Shown piece after piece: positions 59,221 to 64,000 of a stretch of 64,000 nucleotides of DNA. The DNA comes from Mesobacterium pallidum (GTDB taxonomy: Bacteria; Pseudomonadota; Alphaproteobacteria; Rhodobacterales; Rhodobacteraceae). The DNA is taken from positions 1-64,000 of the forward strand of contig NZ_JAIMID010000014.1 in assembly GCF_019966535.1 (NCBI RefSeq), in the 5' to 3' direction. The notes beneath the pieces are model-generated. The model worked only from the letters and a program-made list of their open reading frames with translations, ran no database searches and was not told where the DNA came from. The position numbers and the translations under genes are program-made. Position 1 is the stretch's first letter; each line of letters starts with the position of its first letter.

Positions 59221-59910
59221 TTAGCGGAACTCCACAACCTCGTCGACCGAGGCGCGTTCGGTGCGGAACCGGTTCACCGGGGCGTCGGGGTCCGCATATC
59301 CAAACGAGATGGCGCAGAGCACGAGGCGGTCCTCGGAGATGCCCAGGAACCGGCGCACCGCCGGGGCATAGGGCGCGATGGCCCCCTGGGCGATGCTGGC
59401 CACGCCCCGCCCCTCGGCCGCGACCATGAAGGCGCTGACAAAGGCCCCGCAGTCCAGCGCCCCGTAAGCGCCCAGCGCGCGGGGCGTGGTGACGATGGCG
59501 ACCTGCGGCGCGTCGAAGAAGACGTAATTGCGCATCATCTGCGCCGCCCTTGCCTGACGGTCGTCGCGCGCGATGCCCGCCGCGTCATACAGCTGGAACC
59601 CGCAGGTCCGGCGCCGGTCCTTGTAGGTGCCAAGGTAGGCCTCGGGCAGAGGCAGGTCGGGCTCCGGCGGGTCGTTGAGAGCCGCCTGGGTCATCACATC
59701 GCGGAACGCGGCCAGGGTTTCGCCGCCCAGCACCGTCAACTGCCAGGGCTGCGAATTGCACCAGCTCGGCACCTGCTGCGCGGCGGCCACGATGGCGCGG
59801 ATATCCGTGCGCGGGACCTCGCCCGGCAAAAAGGCCCGGCAGGAATAGCGCGCGCCCAGCAGCCGCTCGAACGCCTCGAAATCCCCGTCCCGTACCGGTT
59901 GCCCGTCCAT
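59221..59910 (-). CDS. Nitroreductase family protein
   Basis: ..RYSCRAFLPGEVPRTDIRAIVAAAQQVPSWCNSQPW.. NADH/FMN nitroreductase fold. Confidence 0.8.
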   Translation of the reverse strand: MDGQPVRDGDFEAFERLLGARYSCRAFLPGEVPRTDIRAIVAAAQQVPSWCNSQPWQLTVLGGETLAAFRDVMTQAALNDPPEPDLPLPEAYLGTYKDRRRTCGFQLYDAAGIARDDRQARAAQMMRNYVFFDAPQVAIVTTPRALGAYGALDCGAFVSAFMVAAEGRGVASIAQGAIAPYAPAVRRFLGISEDRLVLCAISFGYADPDAPVNRFRTERASVDEVVEFR

Positions 59911-60043
59911 GTCACCCCTCCCGCTGGCCTGCGGGCAGGATTGCGCGGGCGGGCGCCCGGCACAAGAGCGACCCGACGCAAAAAACCGCCGCGGGCGGGC
60001 CGCGGCGGTTCAAGAAAGGCCCCGAGGGGGGCGGCGGGCAAGA

Positions 60044-60211
60044 TTACTTGATCTTGCCTTCCTTGTATTCGACGTGCTTGCGGGCGACCGGGTCGAACTT
60101 GCGCACGGTCATCTTCTCGGTCATCGTCCGCGCATTCTTCTTGGTCACGTAAAAGTGGCCGGTGCCTGCGGTCGAGTTCAGGCGGATCTTGATAGTGGTC
60201 GGCTTCGCCAT
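60044..60211 (-). CDS. rpmG: 50S ribosomal protein L33
   Basis: [55 protein letters not shown]. Confidence 0.88.
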   Translation of the reverse strand: MAKPTTIKIRLNSTAGTGHFYVTKKNARTMTEKMTVRKFDPVARKHVEYKEGKIK

Positions 60212-60342
60212 GGTGTCTCTCCTGCGTCGGGGGCAGCACGAGGGGCGGCCTCTCCGGAAAATCCATTGAGCCGTGCCAATGCAACATTGGCTTGGACCTG
60301 TCAACAGGATTCGCCGGGTTTTCGCCCGGCCGGGGCGCGCAA

Positions 60343-60488
60343 GGGGGCCAGCCCCCTCTGCCTTCGGCATTCACCCCCGGAGTATTTCCGGAATAGTGAA
60401 AGCAGGGCCGAATCCCTCTTTACCTTCCCGATAGACTTCGCAGAGCCCACCCTTGTGCCGCGCCTCCGACCCGAGGGGCTGGCCCCTC
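60343..60488 (-). repeat. Dispersed intergenic repeat, inverted copy between rpmG and rnpB
   Basis: On the minus strand: GAGGGGCCAGCCCCTC hairpin, GGCACAAGGGTGGGCTCTGCGAAG..., CTGCTTTCACTATTCCGGAAATACTCCGGGGG, then GGGGGCTGGCCCCC hairpin. Confidence 0.6.
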
Positions 60489-60527
60489 ACATCCGACAAC
60501 CGCGGCGGGTCGGGCACCTTGGTGATA

Positions 60528-60972
60528 GTGCGCGGAGGGTCTGTAAGCCGGATTTTGTCCACGGAGTCGCCTCCGCTGGATGACCATTCCTCTAGGATGC
60601 CCGTTACCGGACACCTCCAGCTGCCGACCCGGATGCCGGGGCTGAAGCGGCCCATGGTGGCATCCCTATTTGGCATTGCTCCCGGTGGGGCTTGCCATGC
60701 GGGCGCTGTTGCCAGCCCCCCGGTGGGCTCTTACCCCACCGTTTCACCCTGGCCCGTGCGCAGGCTCCGTCGGCGTGCCTCGGGGCCGTCCCCTTGGCGA
60801 ACCTCGGGCACATGCCTCCTTGGCGCACCTTCGGTGCGACGGGTGGTCTGTTCTCTGTGGCGCTATCCGTCGGGTTGCCCCGCCCGGGCGTTACCCGGCA
60901 CCGTTGCTTCAGGGAGTCCGGACTTTCCTCTCGTGCGGGTCTCCCCGTACCAGCGGTCATCCAACCCTCCGC
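60528..60972 (-). ncRNA. rnpB: RNase P RNA (bacterial type A)
   Basis: The minus strand contains GAGAGGAAAGTCCGGACTCC, GGGTGAAACGGTGGGGTAAGAGCCCACC, and ACAAAATCCGGCTTACAG (P4 3' strand), the latter followed by the P1 3' strand ACCCTCC that closes the 5' GGAGGGT. Track ORFs 60453..60986 and 60604..60960 overlap it and are spurious. Confidence 0.8.
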
Positions 60973-61070
60973 GCCGGGCGATGTAGGCGGGACCGGGGCC
61001 GCGCGTCAAGCTCGGAGCGATGGCTGCGAGAGGTCAGACCCCGCGCCATGGGCACGGCATCCGGCCATGC

Positions 61071-61195
61071 GAGGGGCCAGCCCCTCGCGCTCCCCGGAGT
61101 TTACTTGGCAAGATGAAGGAGGATCTGCGCCCAATCTTCATTGTTTTCCAAATACCTCGGGGGAGTCCGCCCTGGCGGACGGGGGCAGCGCCCCC
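61071..61195 (+). repeat. Dispersed intergenic repeat, full copy between rnpB and the FAH gene
   Basis: GAGGGGCCAGCCCCTC..CCCCGGAGTTTACTTGGCAAGATGAAGGAGGATCTGCGCCCAATCTTCATTGTTTTCCAAATACCTCGGGGGAGTCCGCCCTGGCGGACGGGGGCAGCGCCCCC. Confidence 0.65.
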
Positions 61196-61203
61196 TGCCC
61201 GGC

Positions 61204-62160
61204 TCAGGGTTTGACGATCCGGTTGCGCAGGGTGCCGATGCCTTCGACCTCGAGCTCGACCACATCGCCGGGGTTCAGGAACCGCATGTGCTCCAGCCCG
61301 CAGCCGTTGCCTACCGTTCCCGAGCCAAGGAATTCGCCCGGCCGCAGGGTCTCCGAGGCCGAGATGTGTTCGATCAGCTGCTCGAAGCTCCAGAACATCG
61401 TCGAGGTCGAGCCGCGCCCCCACTCCTCGCCGTTCACCCGCGCGATCATCATCTTGTCATAGGGGTCGCCGAATTCGTCCGCGGTCACGAGGCAGGGGCC
61501 CATCGGATTCGCCGTGTCGAAATCCTTGCCCTTTGCGGGGCCAAGCTGGCCGCCCATCTCGGCGGTCTGGGCGTCGCGGGCGGTGAAATCGTTGAAGATC
61601 GTGTAGCCGAAGATGTAGGGCCGCGCCTCCGCCGCGGTCACGTCCAGCGCGGTCTTGCCGATATAGACCCCGAACTCCAGCTCGAAATCCATGAAGTTGG
61701 AATAGGCCGGCCAGCGTACGTCATGCTCGTGCCCCACGACCGAGAACCGGTTGGCCTTGTAGTAGATCGGCTGGTCGTAGAACGTCTGCGGAATGGCGAG
61801 AACACCCTTGGCCTCCATCTCGGCCAGTGCCGCCTCGGGGTCGGGCATCTGCGAAGCGCGCAGCTTGCGGGCCGAAGAGAACGCCTGTTTCAGGTGCGTC
61901 TCGAAGCACAGGCAGTCACGCATCTGGATCGGCGGCTGCACCGGCGCCTGCAGGCGTACGTCGGCAAGCTTGACGTGGGACGCCTGTCGCGCCGCCTCCC
62001 GCGCGCGGGCCAGGGCCGCGTCGCCGCCCTCGATCAGCCCCTGGATCGAGGCGATGGCCCCGTCCGTGGCACGGGCGAGATCGACGATGCCGGTCCCGTC
62101 CTCGACCAGGACGCCGGGGCGGCCGATGCCGTCCCCCTTGTCATATGTCACCAGTTTCAT
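61204..62160 (-). CDS. Fumarylacetoacetate hydrolase (FAH) family protein
   Basis: ..NYVGHEHD-like.. and ..GTPxGVG-like.. FAH-fold motifs (..FSVVGHEHDVRWP.., ..GSGTVGNGCG..), 318 aa. Confidence 0.85.
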   Translation of the reverse strand: MKLVTYDKGDGIGRPGVLVEDGTGIVDLARATDGAIASIQGLIEGGDAALARAREAARQASHVKLADVRLQAPVQPPIQMRDCLCFETHLKQAFSSARKLRASQMPDPEAALAEMEAKGVLAIPQTFYDQPIYYKANRFSVVGHEHDVRWPAYSNFMDFELEFGVYIGKTALDVTAAEARPYIFGYTIFNDFTARDAQTAEMGGQLGPAKGKDFDTANPMGPCLVTADEFGDPYDKMMIARVNGEEWGRGSTSTMFWSFEQLIEHISASETLRPGEFLGSGTVGNGCGLEHMRFLNPGDVVELEVEGIGTLRNRIVKP

Positions 62161-62851
62161 TCGGCTTTCCTCCCATCGCCGGTGTGTCTTTCGTCAGGCT
62201 GCGGTCGCGGTGGCGCAGGCCTGCGGCCAGGATCGCCACGATGTGCCGCGCGGCGATCTCGTGATCCTCGGGGGCGACGACCCCGCCCGACAGGCGCGCG
62301 ATGCGCCCCGCGTCGGTCATCACGATCATCATCGCGCCCAGCATCGCCTGGTAGGCCCAATGCACCTCGGCCACGCTCCAGTCGGGGTAGCACTCCCCGA
62401 TCGCCCCGATCATCATCCGGGCCACCGGATCGAAAAACTCGGCAAAGATCCCGCGTTCGTCACTGCTGGGGTCCGACAGCTCGCGACTCATGATCTGGCC
62501 GAATCGCAGGCCCGACGGGCTGGCCCGCAACCCGAACATCGGCAGGATCAGCGCCTTGATCACCAGCTCGATGCGCCGGTCCGGGTCTGGCTCGGACCGC
62601 GCCATGGCCAGGCCCGCCGCCCGCTGGTCCATCACCGTCGGCGCCCTCAGCTCGAAGATCGCGCGGTAAAGCCCCAGCTTGGAGCCGAAGTGGTAATTCA
62701 CCAGCCCCACCGGCACCTCGGCCGTCTCGGCGATGCGCCGCGTCGTCGCCGCGTCATAGCCATGGCGGGCAAAGACCACCTCGGCCGCGTCGAGGATGCG
62801 GGCCCGCGCGGGGGCCTGCGCCGGCGTGCCGGTATCGTCCGAGGCATTCAT
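62141..62851 (-). CDS. TetR/AcrR-family transcriptional regulator
   Basis: N-terminal HTH (RARILDAAEVVFARHGYDAATTRRIAETAEVPVGLVNYHFGSK). Overlaps the downstream FAH gene start by ~20 nt. Confidence 0.8.
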   Translation of the reverse strand: MNASDDTGTPAQAPARARILDAAEVVFARHGYDAATTRRIAETAEVPVGLVNYHFGSKLGLYRAIFELRAPTVMDQRAAGLAMARSEPDPDRRIELVIKALILPMFGLRASPSGLRFGQIMSRELSDPSSDERGIFAEFFDPVARMMIGAIGECYPDWSVAEVHWAYQAMLGAMMIVMTDAGRIARLSGGVVAPEDHEIAARHIVAILAAGLRHRDRSLTKDTPAMGGKPNETGDI

Positions 62852-62971
62852 GCGGATGATCGCTCCCATCATTTGAACAGGATCATAAAAATCTTGAACG
62901 ATTGTTCAACTGGAATTACCGTCACCTTCGAACGGCACCTTGGGAGGGGTGCCGCAACGGGAGGAGACATC

Positions 62972-64000
62972 ATGACATATGCAGCATTCCGCAGCGCGGC
63001 CCTCGCCGCCTTGCTGGCCGGCACGGCCCTGCCGGCCTCGGCCGAGACGATCCAGGTCACCGTGGCCTCGGGACATCCGGCGGTCTTTCTCTGGGTCAAG
63101 CACCTGGGCGAAACCTTCATTCCAACCGTCGATGCGGAGCTCGCCAAGACCGGCGAGGTCGAGATCGAGTGGACCGAGGCCTATGGCGGCACGCTGATGA
63201 AGCTGGGCGCCGAGGCGGATTCGATGCGCGACGGGATCGTCGACATCGCCGTCGCCTCGGGCGTGTTCGACCCGGCGCAGATGGGCATCCTGAACGTGAC
63301 CTATGCCATGCCGTTTGGCCCCACCGACCCGCGCATGGTGACCGAAGCGGTCGAGGAGGCCTTTGCCAATACCGAGGGCCTGCTGGACGAGCTGGCCGAG
63401 GCGTCGGGCGTGGTCTACCTGGGCGGGGGGATCGCGATTGACGGCTACAACATCGCCGCGACCAAGCCCTTTACCAGCCGCGCCGACATGGAGGGTATCA
63501 AGATCGGCGGAGCGGGGCCGAACCTGGCCTGGCTCGATACCACCGGCGCGGTCGGCGTGCAGGGCAGCTACGTGAGCTTTTACAACGACATCAAGACCGG
63601 CGTGTATGACGGCATGATCGGCTGGATGACCGCCAATGCGCCGTCCAAGATGTGGGAGGTCGCGCCCTATTTCAACAAGGTCGATTTCGGCGCCATGTAC
63701 ATCGGCGGCCTCGGCATCAGCCAGGACCGCTGGGACAGCTTCTCGGACGAGACCAAGGCCGCCTTCCGCACCGCGGCGGCAGCCTACCAGGACGCCTATT
63801 TCAACGAACAAGCCGCCCGGTTCGACGCGGCGCAGGAGGCGATGATCGCCGGCGGCGGCGAGATCGTCGAGATGGCGCCCGAGGCGCGCTCGGCCTGGAT
63901 CGCCGAGGTCAAGAACCCGACCACCGCCTGGCGTGCGGCAGCCGAGGCGCGGGGCGAGCCGGCCGAAGCCGTCCTCAAAGCCTACCAGGAGGCCCTCGCG
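62972..64000 (+). CDS. TRAP-transporter periplasmic solute-binding protein (DctP-like), 3' end beyond window
   Basis: Signal peptide MTYAAFRSAALAALLAGTALPASA. GGGAGGAGA RBS. The open frame runs to the window edge and is absent from the ORF track for that reason. Confidence 0.65.
   Translation, partial: MTYAAFRSAALAALLAGTALPASAETIQVTVASGHPAVFLWVKHLGETFIPTVDAELAKTGEVEIEWTEAYGGTLMKLGAEADSMRDGIVDIAVASGVFDPAQMGILNVTYAMPFGPTDPRMVTEAVEEAFANTEGLLDELAEASGVVYLGGGIAIDGYNIAATKPFTSRADMEGIKIGGAGPNLAWLDTTGAVGVQGSYVSFYNDIKTGVYDGMIGWMTANAPSKMWEVAPYFNKVDFGAMYIGGLGISQDRWDSFSDETKAAFRTAAAAYQDAYFNEQAARFDAAQEAMIAGGGEIVEMAPEARSAWIAEVKNPTTAWRAAAEARGEPAEAVLKAYQEALA

Noticed and set aside
60453-60986. Track ORFs overlapping 60420-61116 on both strands
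   Set aside because: The interval is the RNase P RNA gene (rnpB), so the ORFs are spurious.

Overview
This window is high-GC (~66-68%) chromosomal DNA, most likely from an alphaproteobacterium (Rhodobacteraceae-like). Most of it is dense core-genome content: trpA, trpB, trpF, ihfB, rpsA, cmk, aroA, trmB, recJ, lipB, argC, ctaD, pyrC, pyrE, dnaB, rplY, pth, ychF, rpmG, RNase P RNA (rnpB) and four tRNAs. Interleaved with this are several accessory or unusual segments. (1) A trimethylamine-oxidation locus: a partial fhs, a GntR regulator, a PBP1-type binding protein, tmm, a small membrane ORF and a GlnK-less ammonium-transporter homolog. The tmm and amt promoter regions share a TTGGTTCRGACCAA..CCAATTSAACCA operator-like motif. 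(2) A tightly coupled four-gene cluster at 47.5-52.6 kb, with an unknown gene following at 52.7-53.6 kb. It encodes three paralogous GT-A glycosyltransferase domains (TNDCxDxTD...DVDEF signature), one sulfotransferase and one degenerate sulfotransferase-like domain fused to a glycosyltransferase. This is a candidate undescribed sulfated-glycan locus, near a KpsS-like capsule gene. (3) Two tandem secreted PepSY-like paralogs with long Asp/His-rich tails, followed by a membrane-anchored LuxR-type regulator, immediately next to an atypical back-to-back tRNA-Asn/tRNA-Gln pair plus a tRNA-like 3' fragment. (4) A dispersed intergenic repeat family of at least 8 copies, built from GGGGCNGCCCC hairpins flanking a CCCCGGAGTTTAYCGGCACAATGAAGGGCGGATCGG...CTTTCAYTWTTCYAAATACTC core. 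The repeat family flanks rnpB on both sides. Also present are orphan MoxR/VWA(CoxE)/XdhC/MoCo-binding accessory genes interrupted by an OmpA-family gene with Glu/Thr/Ala tandem repeats, and an HExxH-motif ORF between pyrC and pyrE. Many six-frame ORFs in the track are GC-frame or antisense artifacts and are not reported. I read coordinates by eye from the sequence and the ORF track, and the two occasionally disagree by 1 nt.
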